64,000 nucleotides of DNA from Abditibacterium sp. Its GTDB lineage: Bacteria; Armatimonadota; Abditibacteriia; Abditibacteriales; Abditibacteriaceae. Of the stretch, positions 38,575 to 48,383 are shown in pieces. A model generated the notes under the pieces. The model was given only the letters and a program-made list of their open reading frames with translations. It searched no databases and was not told where the DNA came from. The translations under genes were made by a program, and so were the position numbers. The stretch is from the NCBI GenBank assembly GCA_965199495.1, contig CBDASK010000003.1:3520001-3584000 (forward strand), given 5' to 3'. Numbering within the stretch: the stretch's first letter is position 1; the number at the start of each line of letters is the position of its first letter.

Positions 38575-39648
38575 ATGAACAATCGAGTTTTAATGGCGAT
38601 GAGTGGCGGCGTCGATTCGAGCGTGGCGGCGGCGCTTTTGGTCGAGCAGGGTTATGAAGTGATCGGCGTCACCATGAAGTTGTGGGCGGGCGAAGATGAC
38701 CCGTTTGCGGCGCATCGCTTCGGCGGTTGCTGCACCGTCGGCTCGTCCGAAGATGCGCGGCGCGTGGCGCACCAACTCGATATTCCGTATTACGTTTTGA
38801 ATTTGCAGGACGAATTCAATGAGCGCGTGGTGGATAATTTCGTGAGCGAATATGCGGCGGGCCGCACGCCCAATCCGTGCGCGCGTTGCAACGAGTTCAT
38901 CAAGTTTCGCGCGTTCATCGAACGCGCCGACGAGTTGGATTGCGGGTTTATCGCCACCGGACACTACGCGCGCTTGGAACGCGACGAAGATGGCACGGCG
39001 CACCTGCGACGTGGCTTGGATGTTCGTAAAGATCAATCTTACGTTTTGGGAATGCTCACGCAAACCGAATTGCAGCGCGTTTTGTTGCCGATTGGTTCGA
39101 TGGAAAAGCCAATTGTGCGCGAGCGGGCGGGCGAATTGGGCATGGGCGTGGCGAACAAGCCCGATTCGCAGGAAATTTGTTTCGTTGAAGATGGCGATTA
39201 CGCCAAATTCGTGATTAACCGCGCGCCGCAAATGGCGGCGCCCGGCCCTATTTTGAATAGCGACGGCGAAAAGTTGGGCGAACATCGCGGGTTGGCGCAT
39301 TACACGGTCGGGCAGCGCAAAGGTCTGGGTATTGCGGCGGCCAATCCTTTGTTCGTCAATCGCATTGATGTCGAAAATAATGCGGTTATCGTCGGGCCGC
39401 GCGCATCGCTGGCGCACGAGGGTTTGAGTTGCGACAACGCGACATGGACGCAAACAGTAGCCACGGCGGGCGCGAAGTTGGAAGCGCAGACGCGCGCGCA
39501 TGGAATTTCGTATACGGGCACACTTCTAAGCGCTGACGAAAACGATTTCGCGCTCCGATTCGACGAGCCAAGCGGCGGCGTGACGCCCGGCCAATTGTGC
39601 GTTTTGTATGACGGCGACGAAGTCGTCGGCGCGGGCACGATCAGGTAG
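38575..39648 (+). CDS. mnmA: tRNA 2-thiouridine(34) synthase
   Basis: AMSGGVDSS, GRTPNPC..CN, ATGHYAR, KDQSY, SQEICF, YTVGQRKGL, TPGQ. Confidence 0.97.
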   Translation: MNNRVLMAMSGGVDSSVAAALLVEQGYEVIGVTMKLWAGEDDPFAAHRFGGCCTVGSSEDARRVAHQLDIPYYVLNLQDEFNERVVDNFVSEYAAGRTPNPCARCNEFIKFRAFIERADELDCGFIATGHYARLERDEDGTAHLRRGLDVRKDQSYVLGMLTQTELQRVLLPIGSMEKPIVRERAGELGMGVANKPDSQEICFVEDGDYAKFVINRAPQMAAPGPILNSDGEKLGEHRGLAHYTVGQRKGLGIAAANPLFVNRIDVENNAVIVGPRASLAHEGLSCDNATWTQTVATAGAKLEAQTRAHGISYTGTLLSADENDFALRFDEPSGGVTPGQLCVLYDGDEVVGAGTIR

Positions 39649-39764
39649 GTGACAAGTAACAGGTAACAAGTGGCAAGGGAAGAGGTTAAAGTGAGTTCGA
39701 TAGCGCCAACTTGCCGCCACTTGTTACCTACCACTTGCTACTTGTCACCTGTTACTTGCCACCT
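39646..39764. repeat. Inverted arrays of degenerate 7-mers (aagtaac/aggtaac/aagtggc)
   Basis: aggtgacaagtaacaggtaacaagtggc mirrored by gccacttgttacct...cttgtcacctgttacttgccacct. Confidence 0.8.
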
Positions 39765-39769
39765 TTAAA

Positions 39770-40840
39770 ATGAAATCCAGACAACAAGCGATTCTTGCGG
39801 CGGTGATCGAAAAATACGTCGCGACCGCCGAGCCGGTTGGGTCGGGCGCGATTGCCTCCGATGCGGCTTTGCTCGCCCAATTTGGTGCGCTTTCGCCCGC
39901 GACGGTGCGTAGCGAACTGGCTTTTCTCGAAGGCGAAGGTTTGCTCAAGCAGCCGCACACTTCGGCGGGCCGCGTGCCAACCGACGCCGGTTATCGGTTT
40001 TATGTGAGCGAGATGATTCGTCCGCGCCGCATTTCGCGCGCCGAGCAGACGCAACTCGAAGTTGTCGCTCCGCCCGCCGCCTCGGTCGAAGACGCGATGC
40101 AAGAAGCGATGATCGTGCTGGCGAAATTGACGGGCTATCCCGCCGTGGCTTCTCTGCCGTCGGGCGTGCGCGATAACGTGCGTATGCTGCAACTCAGTCC
40201 GCTTCCGCCGCGCCGTTTGGTGCTGGTTTTGGTGACGCAGGCCGGACGATTGGAACATCGCGTCTTTGAAATTGACGACGATGTGGCGCCACAAACTTTG
40301 CACACGGTTGTTCAGTTCCTCAACGAAAACATCGGTGGACAATCTCTGGCGGGGGCGCGCAGTCTGGACTTCGAGAACGTTGCGGGCGGTCTGCACGAGG
40401 CCGCAACGATTAATCTGGCGCGGCGCGCGTGGGAAATGGTGCGCGATTCGGTGTCGGATATCGCCGACGAAAAAATCGTGGTGCAAGGTTTGATTACCTT
40501 GCTCGATGAACCCGAATTTGCCGAGATTAGTCAGGCGCGCGCCGCGATGCGCTTGCTCGATGGCGGCGCAAGTTTGGGCGAACTGTTGCGTAGCGCGCAG
40601 CAAATCGCGCCCGATTCACCCGCCGCCAATGGCGTGAAAATTGGTGCAGAAATGAGCGATTTGCCCCTCGATTATGCGGGCGCGCGCGTCTTATCGTTCG
40701 TCGGAGTTTCGTATGGCGTTGCGGGCGAAACAGTGGGCGCGTTGGGCGTTTTAGGCCCGGCTCGCATGCGATATGGCGACGTTTTGACGATTGTGCCCGC
40801 GTTGGCCGCGCGTCTGCAACTCACGCTCGAATCGTTTTGA
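39770..40840 (+). CDS. hrcA: Heat-inducible transcription repressor
   Basis: YVATAEPVGS, SPATVRSEL, QPHTSAGRVPTDAGYRFYV, GVLGPARMRY. Confidence 0.95.
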   Translation: MKSRQQAILAAVIEKYVATAEPVGSGAIASDAALLAQFGALSPATVRSELAFLEGEGLLKQPHTSAGRVPTDAGYRFYVSEMIRPRRISRAEQTQLEVVAPPAASVEDAMQEAMIVLAKLTGYPAVASLPSGVRDNVRMLQLSPLPPRRLVLVLVTQAGRLEHRVFEIDDDVAPQTLHTVVQFLNENIGGQSLAGARSLDFENVAGGLHEAATINLARRAWEMVRDSVSDIADEKIVVQGLITLLDEPEFAEISQARAAMRLLDGGASLGELLRSAQQIAPDSPAANGVKIGAEMSDLPLDYAGARVLSFVGVSYGVAGETVGALGVLGPARMRYGDVLTIVPALAARLQLTLESF

Positions 40841-40933
40841 ACGTTTGCTCAGCGAATTCATGCGCTTGCCCAAACCGCAACTCCCAACATTTGCCGTTCT
40901 GACAAACTTAACTCTGACAAAAGGTGTAATCCA

Positions 40934-41467
40934 TTGAACCATTCCGAAGAAACTTTAGATCCCGAAATCGCGCCCGAAGCGCAAGTCCACGCGGGCAGCG
41001 CGGGCGAAACCGATGTGCCCGACGCGCAAACCGAAGATTTGGCGCAACAACTCGCCGATTCGCAGGAAAAATTGGCGTATTTAGCCGCCGAACTCGAAAA
41101 TTACAAGCGCCAAACCGCGCGCCGCATGGACGAAGAGCGTGACCGCACCGCGCGCCGCACCTTCGAGCAACTCTTGCCCGCGCTCGATACGTTCGGCATG
41201 GCGATGCAATACGCCGATCAGGCCAAAGATGTCGCGACGCTGAGAACTGGCCTCGATTTCGTTGATCAACAAATGGCGACAGCTTTGCAAAATGCCGGAA
41301 TCGAAGCGATTCCCGCTGTCGGCGAAACGTTCGATCCGCAAAAGCATGAGGCCATCGAAGAAGTCGAATCGGACTTGGCAAGCGGCGTCGTCGCGCAGGA
41401 AGCGCAGCGCGGTTATATGTATAAAGGCAGCGTTTTGCGTCCGGCGCGCGTGAAAGTAGCGAAATAA
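40934..41467 (+). CDS. grpE: Nucleotide exchange factor GrpE
   Basis: AELENYKR, LLPALD, FDPQKHEA, GYMYKGSVLRPARVKVA. Confidence 0.95.
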   Translation: MNHSEETLDPEIAPEAQVHAGSAGETDVPDAQTEDLAQQLADSQEKLAYLAAELENYKRQTARRMDEERDRTARRTFEQLLPALDTFGMAMQYADQAKDVATLRTGLDFVDQQMATALQNAGIEAIPAVGETFDPQKHEAIEEVESDLASGVVAQEAQRGYMYKGSVLRPARVKVAK

Positions 41468-41934
41468 TGCACCCATTTCAAATAACCGCGCGCCAGATGC
41501 GTTGGGCCGCCAACAGTATCGCGCTCAATCTCGATTATATTCCCGACGACAAACTCCGTTGGAAACCAGCAGCCACGGCGCCGAGCGCTCTGGAAATCGT
41601 GGATCATTTACTTCAAGTTTTGCAGCGCATGACGCCGCTCGTTGGCGGTTTTGAAAGCTCCGAAGAATCACCGCAGCCGGTGCAAAACCGCGAGGATGCC
41701 AAGGCGCGTTTGGTTGAAGCGGGCGAAAAATATCGCGCGATGTTGCTCGAATTAACGCCACAACAATTGGACGAAACCGTCGAAATCCGCGCCGGGAATA
41801 TGCCGCGCCGTGTTGTGGCGTTGATGCCGGTGAACGACATCGTGCATCACAATGGGCAAATTGCTTATATTCAAATGCTGCTTGGCGATGAAGAAACGCA
41901 TCGTGACTTATCGGCGTTAATAGACGACAACTGA
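41467..41934 (+). CDS. DinB/YfiT-like family protein
   Basis: IPDDKLRWKP, SALEIVDH, HHNGQIAYIQMLLG; TAATG overlap with grpE. Confidence 0.8.
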   Translation: MHPFQITARQMRWAANSIALNLDYIPDDKLRWKPAATAPSALEIVDHLLQVLQRMTPLVGGFESSEESPQPVQNREDAKARLVEAGEKYRAMLLELTPQQLDETVEIRAGNMPRRVVALMPVNDIVHHNGQIAYIQMLLGDEETHRDLSALIDDN

Positions 41935-41935
41935 A

Positions 41936-43102
41936 ATGTCAAACACAATGACCATTGATTATTACGAAACGTTGGAAGTGACGCGCACCGCGACGCCCGA
42001 CGAAATTCGCAAAGCCTATCGCCAGATGGCGAAGAAACATCACCCCGATGTCAACCCCGATAATCGCGAGGAAGCCGAAGCGAAATTTAAAGAAGTCTCG
42101 CAGGCTTACGCGGTTTTGTCCGACGAAAACAAGCGCAGCGTTTACGACCGTTATGGCGCCGATGCCGTCAACGGCATGAGCCAAAACGGCGCGGCGGGCG
42201 CCGATTTCGGCGGCGGACTGGGCGACTTATTCGACGTGTTTTTCGGCGGCGCTCAGGGTGGCGCTGGCGGCGGCACGCGGGCGCGCGAAGATTTGCAGCG
42301 TGGCTCCGATTTGCGCTACGACTTGTCGCTGACCTTGCAAGAGTGTTGGGCGGGCGTCACCAAAGATTTGCGCGTGCCGTCGTTGCTCAAATGCAAAACC
42401 TGTGCGGGCAGCGGCGCGGCGCCCGGCACCAAACCCGAAACCTGCCAGCAGTGCAGTGGCAGTGGCCGCGTGCGCGAAGTGCGCCAGACGTTTTTCGGCC
42501 AGTTCGTGCAAGAGGCGCCCTGTTCGCGCTGCAACGGGCGCGGCAAAATTATCCCGAATCCGTGCCCGACCTGTCGCGGCGATGGCCGCACGCGCGCCGA
42601 CCGTCAGGTCACGGTTTCGATTCCGCCCGGCGTGGACGAAGGTGACCGCGTGCGCGTCACCGGCGCGGGCGAAGACGGCACCAACGGCAGTCCGGCGGGC
42701 GATTTGTATTGTTTCGTTTATGTCGAAGAAGACCCACAATTTCAGCGCCGCGACAACGACGTTTTGCACTTGATGAACATCTCGTATGCGCAAGCGGCAC
42801 TGGGCGATAATATCTCGGTTCCGACGCTGGAGCGGAGCGATGGCAAACCGGTGATGGCCGAAGTGCGCGTGCCCGCCGGAACGCAAAACAACGCGATGTT
42901 TCGCGTGAGCGGCAAAGGCTTTACCACACGCGGCGGCTATCGCGGCGATCAGGTTTGCGTCGCGCGCGTCGTGGTGCCCAAAAAGCTGAGCGAACGCCAG
43001 AAAGAACTGTTGCGCGAGTTCTCCGAAATCGAAGCAGAACACCCCCACGAAGTGCCGCGCGGCTTTTTCAATAAGTTGAAAGACGTTATTGGTCTGGATT
43101 AA
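41936..43102 (+). CDS. dnaJ: Chaperone DnaJ
   Basis: J domain HPD, G/F region, four CxxCxGxG repeats. Confidence 0.97.
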   Translation: MSNTMTIDYYETLEVTRTATPDEIRKAYRQMAKKHHPDVNPDNREEAEAKFKEVSQAYAVLSDENKRSVYDRYGADAVNGMSQNGAAGADFGGGLGDLFDVFFGGAQGGAGGGTRAREDLQRGSDLRYDLSLTLQECWAGVTKDLRVPSLLKCKTCAGSGAAPGTKPETCQQCSGSGRVREVRQTFFGQFVQEAPCSRCNGRGKIIPNPCPTCRGDGRTRADRQVTVSIPPGVDEGDRVRVTGAGEDGTNGSPAGDLYCFVYVEEDPQFQRRDNDVLHLMNISYAQAALGDNISVPTLERSDGKPVMAEVRVPAGTQNNAMFRVSGKGFTTRGGYRGDQVCVARVVVPKKLSERQKELLREFSEIEAEHPHEVPRGFFNKLKDVIGLD

Positions 43103-43112
43103 TTTGATGAAC

Positions 43113-43257
43113 AAACTCAATTAGCCACAAAAACGCAAAAATCACAAAAGGCACAAAAAAGTCAAAAATAGCTGGTCGAACTTGCTTTATGGAAAAGTGT
43201 TCTTCAAGCTTTTTTGTGCCTTTTGTGATTTTTGCGTTTTTGTGGCTAATTGAGTTT
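43113..43257. repeat. Fold-back element of 9-nt periodic CACAAAA repeats (49-bp arms)
   Basis: aaactcaattagccacaaaaacgcaaaaatcacaaaaggcacaaaaaag mirrored at 43209-43257. Confidence 0.9.
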
Positions 43258-43306
43258 TTGGTGTCCCTTTTGCTTTGGATTTGCGCCGGAGGAAGTTTCA
43301 AATCCG

Positions 43307-43519
43307 ATGGCAGAAAAATCATTCAAAAAAGGCGATAAAGTCGAGTGGGATTACGCCGATAACAAAGTCGAAGGCGAAGTCGTGGAGAAAGTGACCAGCG
43401 ACACCAAAATTAAAGGCCACAAAGCCAAGGCCAGCAAAGACGACCCGCAATACAAAGTGAAAAGTGAGAAAACCGGCAAAACCGCGATTCACAAACCCGA
43501 CGAATTGAAGAAAAAGTAG
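43307..43519 (+). CDS. DUF2945 / hypervirulence-associated Tudor-like small protein
   Basis: FKKGDKVEW...ASKDDPQYKVKSEKTGKTAIHKP; SD ggagg. Confidence 0.85.
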   Translation: MAEKSFKKGDKVEWDYADNKVEGEVVEKVTSDTKIKGHKAKASKDDPQYKVKSEKTGKTAIHKPDELKKK

Positions 43520-43549
43520 GGTTTGGTTTTCGTGGCTAATCATTTATGA

Positions 43550-43730
43550 TTCAAGTTTTGTTCTCGCCTTCATTGTCATTCTGAGCGTAGAGAGGAACGA
43601 ACGCAGTCGAAGAATCCACCGCTTGCGTATTGACTTCGCTTTCGTTGATGCCGTTACGTCATGGATTCTTCGACTGCGTTCGTTCCTCTCTACGCTCAGA
43701 ATGACAATGAAGGCGAGAACAAAACTTGAA
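43550..43730. repeat. Perfect 69-bp inverted repeat with GTCATTCTGAGCG...GAAGAATC core
   Basis: 43550-43618 is the exact reverse complement of 43662-43730. Confidence 0.95.
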
Positions 43731-43738
43731 CGCCGTGG

Positions 43739-45064
43739 CTAATTCATTTCTTCCAATTTCATCCACAGCGGCCCGCGTGGTCGCATCGTGACACTGGGTT
43801 CCAAATCTAAAACGCCCGCCGGAAACGCGCGAAACCTTTGGTTTAATGTCGCCAGACAGAGCGTCGCTTCCATCCACGCGAAGTTTTCGGCCAAGCACGC
43901 GCGCGAACCAGCGCCGAACGGAAAATAAGTCCCGCGCGCTGGCTCGAAATCGTTTTGCCAGCGCGATGGATCGAAATGGCGCGCGTTGGGCCAAAACCGT
44001 TCGTCGCGCTGAATGATGAATTGACCGATCAAAATCGTGGTGCCGCGTGGCACAACTGTCGGGCCGTCTTGCCATTCGAGCGTTACATCTTCGACGGCGC
44101 GCCGACCGACGATCCACGCGGGCGGCAACAATCGCATCGCTTCGGACAGAACGGCGCGCGTATATTCTAAATTCGGCAAATCCTCATAAGTCGCGCGGCG
44201 ATTGTTCAAAACTTCGTCAACTTCCAATTTCAGTTGCTCCCAAACTTTGGGATGGCGACCGACCAGCCAGAACGCGAAAGTTAAGGCATTGGCCGTGGTT
44301 TCGTGGCCCGCCATCAGAAGCGTCATCGCTTCATCGCGGATGTTTTCGTCGGTCAAACCGTCGCCGTTTTCGTCGCGCGCATTCAGCAAAATGCTCAAAA
44401 CATCGTCGCCGTGGCTGCTGCCTTCGATGCAGCCACGGCGACGGGTTTCGATCAGATCATAAACGATTTCGTCGAGCGCCCCGCGTGCGTTGCGGAACTT
44501 TCTATCCACCATCGGCAGGCGTTCCAGCCAATCGCCGCCGGGCATCATCGAAATGTTGAACAAACCCATCGCGTCATCTAATGAACGCGCGATTTTCTCT
44601 TCGCGCCCCGGCACGCCGACACCGAACACGCCGCGCGTCACGATGGCTAAAGCCAGCTTCGACATTTCGCCGCCGATGTCCACGGTTTGCCCACCGCGCC
44701 AACTGTCGCGCGTTTCGAGCGCGCAATCGAGAATCGTCTCGGTATAAACCGGCAAGCGCGCCACGGCAAATAACGGTTGCAACAAACGCCGCCGCCCGCG
44801 ATGAAGTTCGCCGTGCGAACCCAGCAAACCTTCGCCTAATAAGCGTTTGGTCTTTTCGACGCCGCGCGCTTTGCTCCACTTTTGCGGGTTGGCGACCAAA
44901 ATTTGCCGCACCAGATCGGGATGCGAAGCCAGCCAGACGCCGTCGCGCAATTGAATCAAATCGCCGTAACGTTTGGCACTGCGACGCAGGAAAAACGGCA
45001 GCGAATGGCGCCATAACAACGTGCGCAACAACGCGGGCGAAATCGGTAGTTTGGGCGGAATCAT
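43739..45064 (-). CDS. Cytochrome P450
   Basis: AGHETT I-helix, EAMR (ExxR), FDPSRW, heme motif FPFGAGSRACLA. Confidence 0.95.
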   Translation of the reverse strand: MIPPKLPISPALLRTLLWRHSLPFFLRRSAKRYGDLIQLRDGVWLASHPDLVRQILVANPQKWSKARGVEKTKRLLGEGLLGSHGELHRGRRRLLQPLFAVARLPVYTETILDCALETRDSWRGGQTVDIGGEMSKLALAIVTRGVFGVGVPGREEKIARSLDDAMGLFNISMMPGGDWLERLPMVDRKFRNARGALDEIVYDLIETRRRGCIEGSSHGDDVLSILLNARDENGDGLTDENIRDEAMTLLMAGHETTANALTFAFWLVGRHPKVWEQLKLEVDEVLNNRRATYEDLPNLEYTRAVLSEAMRLLPPAWIVGRRAVEDVTLEWQDGPTVVPRGTTILIGQFIIQRDERFWPNARHFDPSRWQNDFEPARGTYFPFGAGSRACLAENFAWMEATLCLATLNQRFRAFPAGVLDLEPSVTMRPRGPLWMKLEEMN

Positions 45065-45234
45065 GTGTTTACAGGCGATTATTGGGCGCGCGATTTTCGT
45101 TGGATTTAGCAAAGCAAAATTAGGTTCGCTGCGAAAAGCGATGTTCGAAAAAGAGCCAAATCAATGCTTCAACACAGCGCTTTTACATCCTTATATACAA
45201 CTCAAACTCGAAACCTGAACCCGCACGTATTCGT

Positions 45235-45275
45235 CTTTAGTGCATAACACTCAACCTGAGTGAGAATAACTCAAG
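45235..45275 (+). promoter_or_regulatory. Two tandem HAIR-like (HspR operator) boxes upstream of clpB
   Basis: CTTTAGT-N7-ACTCAAC (45235-45255) and CCTGAGT-N7-ACTCAAG (45255-45275) versus consensus CTTGAGT-N7-ACTCAAG. Confidence 0.8.
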
Positions 45276-45290
45276 GAGAATAAACGAACA

Positions 45291-47948
45291 ATGGCATTAG
45301 ATTTCAATAAATGGACGGTCAAAGCGCAAGAAGCCTTGAACGGCGCGCGCGACGTGGCTGTTGAATACCAACAGCAAGAGATGGATGTGGAACATTTGCT
45401 TTTGGCATTGTTGCGACAAAGCGAGGGCACGACGGCGCCGTTGTTGGGCAAAATCGGCGCGTCGCCGCAAACAATGGCGCGCGAAGTCGAGGGCGAACTG
45501 AGCAAACGGCCCAAAGTCGCGGGCGTCGAACCGGCGACGATTTTGTCGGTTCGTCTGGCGGGCAACGGGCGCGATGGGCAGGGCGGCGTCTTGGGCGCGG
45601 CGAATAAGGCGATGGGCCAGCTCAAAGACGAGTTTCTGGCGACCGAGCATCTGCTTTTGGGCATCAGCGACGACAAAGGTTTCGCGGGCGGACTTCTCAA
45701 AAGTAGCGGCATTTCGCGCGAGGCGATTTTGCAGGCGTTGGCGCAGATTCGCGGCGGGCAGCGCGTGACCGACCAAAACCCGGAAGAGAAGTATCAGGCG
45801 CTGGAAAAGTTCACGCGCGATTTGACGGCGGAGGCGCGCCAAGGCAAAATGGATCCGGTCATCGGGCGCGACGAAGAGATTCGCCGCGTGGTGCAGGTTT
45901 TGAGTCGGCGCACCAAGAATAATCCGGTTTTGATCGGCGAGCCTGGCGTGGGCAAAACGGCGATTGTCGAAGGTTTGGCGCAGCGCGTGGCCAACGGCGA
46001 TGTGCCGGAAACGCTGGCCGACAAGAAAGTTCTGTCCTTAGATTTGGGTGCTTTGATCGCGGGCGCCAAATATCGCGGCGAATTTGAGGATCGGTTGAAG
46101 GCGGTTTTGAAGGAAATCGAGCGCGCCGATGGGCAAATCGTTTTGTTCATTGACGAGATGCACACGCTTGTGGGCGCGGGCGCTGCCGAGGGCGCGGTTG
46201 ACGCGGCCAACTTGCTCAAGCCGATGCTGGCGCGCGGCGAACTGCGCTGTGTCGGCGCGACGACGCTCAACGAATATCGCAAATATATCGAGAAAGACGC
46301 GGCCTTGGAACGGCGCTTTCAGCCGATTTACGTCGGCGAGCCGAGCGTCGAAGATACGATTGCGATTCTGCGCGGCTTGAAGGAACGCTACGAAGTGCAT
46401 CATCATGTGCGCATCACCGACGCGGCTCTGGTGAGCGCGGCGGTTTTGAGCAATCGCTATTTGACCGACCGCTTTTTGCCCGATAAAGCGATTGACTTAG
46501 TGGACGAAGCGGCGTCGAAACTGCGCATCGAAATCGCTTCGATGCCGACCGAAATTGACGAAATCGAGCGGCGCATTTTGCAACTGGACATCGAACGCGA
46601 GGCGTTGTCGCGCGAAACCAAAGGCGGCTTGTTTGGCAAGCAGTCCGATGCAGCCACGGCGGAGCGGTTGGCGGTAATCGAGCGGATTTTGGCCGATTTG
46701 CGCGAGGAATCTTCCACGCTCAAGGCGCAGTGGCAGAGCGAAAAAGACGCGATTGGGCGGGTTTCGGATTTGAAGGAGCAGTTGGAAACCGTGCAATTCG
46801 AGATCGAGCGCGCCACGCAAAGCGCCGATTTGGGTAAGGCGGCGGAGTTGCGTTATGGGACTTTGCCGCAGTTGCAGCGCGATTTGGAAGAGCATCTGCG
46901 CCATTTGCAGGAGCGGCAGGGCGCCGGGCAGATGCTCAAAGAGGAAGTCGATGCCGAGGATATCGCCGAAGTCGTCGCCAAATGGACGGGCGTGCCGGTC
47001 GCCCGATTGGTCGAAAGCGAGATGCAGAAACTGCTGCAAATGGAAGACAATTTGCGCGGGCGCGTCGTCGGCCAGGAAGACGCTCTGGTCGCCGTGGGGG
47101 ATGCCGTGCGCCGCAGTCGCGCCGGGTTGTCCGACCCGAATCGGCCCATCGGTTCGTTCCTGTTTCTGGGGCCGACCGGCGTGGGCAAAACCGAACTGGC
47201 GCGCGCTCTGGCCGAGTTTCTGTTCGACGACGAGCGCGCCCTGGTGCGCCTCGACATGAGCGAATACGGCGAAAAACACACCGTCGCCCGCTTGATCGGC
47301 GCGCCTCCGGGCTACGTCGGCTACGAGGAAGGCGGGCAGTTGACCGAGGCCATTCGGCGCCGTCCGTATGCCGTGATTCTGCTGGACGAAATCGAGAAAG
47401 CGCATCCCGACGTGTTCAACGTGCTGCTGCAACTCCTGGATGATGGCCGCCTCACCGACGGTCAGGGCCGCGTGGTGAGCTTCAAAAACTGCGTGGTGAT
47501 CATGACGAGCAACCTCGCCTCGCACCTCATCGCCGACGCCGACCCCAGCGATTTCACGCTCAAAGACCGCGTTTTCGAGTCGCTGCGCGCGCATTTCCGC
47601 CCGGAGTTTTTGAATCGCATCGACGAAGTGATCGTGTTCAACTCGCTGCAACGCGAACAGTTGAGTTCTATCGTCGAGATTCAACTCGAAGGCCTACGCA
47701 AACGCTTGGCCGAGCGCGGCATCAACATCACGTTAAGCGAAGCGGCGCGTCAGGTGATCGGCGAAGAGGGTTACGACCCGCAGTTCGGCGCGCGCCCGCT
47801 CAAGCGCGCGATTCAGCGCTTGGTTCAAGACCCGCTCGCGCGCCGCGTGCTAAGCGGCGAAGTCCGCGACGGCGACACGGTCGAAATCGACGCGGGCCAC
47901 GAAGGTCAGTTGGTGTTCCACGCGGTGGATGAGAAAGCCGAAGTTTAG
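45291..47948 (+). CDS. clpB: ATP-dependent chaperone ClpB
   Basis: Two AAA+ modules ([16 protein letters not shown]), long middle coiled coil with [15 protein letters not shown]. Confidence 0.97.
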   Translation: MALDFNKWTVKAQEALNGARDVAVEYQQQEMDVEHLLLALLRQSEGTTAPLLGKIGASPQTMAREVEGELSKRPKVAGVEPATILSVRLAGNGRDGQGGVLGAANKAMGQLKDEFLATEHLLLGISDDKGFAGGLLKSSGISREAILQALAQIRGGQRVTDQNPEEKYQALEKFTRDLTAEARQGKMDPVIGRDEEIRRVVQVLSRRTKNNPVLIGEPGVGKTAIVEGLAQRVANGDVPETLADKKVLSLDLGALIAGAKYRGEFEDRLKAVLKEIERADGQIVLFIDEMHTLVGAGAAEGAVDAANLLKPMLARGELRCVGATTLNEYRKYIEKDAALERRFQPIYVGEPSVEDTIAILRGLKERYEVHHHVRITDAALVSAAVLSNRYLTDRFLPDKAIDLVDEAASKLRIEIASMPTEIDEIERRILQLDIEREALSRETKGGLFGKQSDAATAERLAVIERILADLREESSTLKAQWQSEKDAIGRVSDLKEQLETVQFEIERATQSADLGKAAELRYGTLPQLQRDLEEHLRHLQERQGAGQMLKEEVDAEDIAEVVAKWTGVPVARLVESEMQKLLQMEDNLRGRVVGQEDALVAVGDAVRRSRAGLSDPNRPIGSFLFLGPTGVGKTELARALAEFLFDDERALVRLDMSEYGEKHTVARLIGAPPGYVGYEEGGQLTEAIRRRPYAVILLDEIEKAHPDVFNVLLQLLDDGRLTDGQGRVVSFKNCVVIMTSNLASHLIADADPSDFTLKDRVFESLRAHFRPEFLNRIDEVIVFNSLQREQLSSIVEIQLEGLRKRLAERGINITLSEAARQVIGEEGYDPQFGARPLKRAIQRLVQDPLARRVLSGEVRDGDTVEIDAGHEGQLVFHAVDEKAEV

Positions 47949-47956
47949 GTTTGGGG

Positions 47957-47986
47957 CCGCGCTCGCGTTGGTGAGCGCGGTTTTTT
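47957..47986 (+). terminator. Rho-independent terminator after clpB
   Basis: ccgcgctcgc-gttg-gtgagcgcgg-tttttt. Confidence 0.8.
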
Positions 47987-48039
47987 GTTAGCTTGCGCAC
48001 AGTCTATTCATGTGAGATAATTTCTGGAAAGAAAACGAT

Positions 48040-48345
48040 ATGAAAATACAAGTTGAACCACAACTCGGCAGATTGAGCCAAGACAATCAAGTGATTGCAC
48101 AAAATTTGTTGGTATGGGTCACTGAGCCGGGCGATCTCCCTGAAGATCAAGGGTTTAGTCTTAAGGGGCTTATCCAGTTGCCAAGTAATCCTATCAGCAT
48201 GGGGAAATATTCGTTAGAGCTATTTAATCCCGATGCAAACCGTTATGATAGGGCAGAAGGAATAATTATTGACGGAATTGACGAAAAGATGGTGAAAGGA
48301 AATTCTCATCTCGTAGGAGCATTTATTTTGTCGGATGAACTATAA
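48040..48345 (+). CDS. Hypothetical protein, AT-rich
   Basis: 101-aa ORF in low-GC DNA where long chance ORFs are less likely. Confidence 0.55.
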   Translation: MKIQVEPQLGRLSQDNQVIAQNLLVWVTEPGDLPEDQGFSLKGLIQLPSNPISMGKYSLELFNPDANRYDRAEGIIIDGIDEKMVKGNSHLVGAFILSDEL

Positions 48346-48383
48346 AATATCTTACATTATTAAAAATCTACTGTGGAGGGATC

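Noticed and set aside
40898..40922. tctgacaaa direct repeat upstream of grpE as a CtsR box
   Set aside because: Spacing and sequence do not fit the CtsR heptad repeat, and two 9-mers alone are weak evidence.
19802..43257. 9-mer and 7-mer periodic tracts as CRISPR arrays
   Set aside because: No constant repeat with unique spacers and no cas genes; they are short inverted arrays.
45244..45270. CIRCE-like ATAACACTC-N9-GAGAATAAC before clpB
   Set aside because: The right half matches only 4 of 9; the same bases fit tandem HAIR boxes much better.
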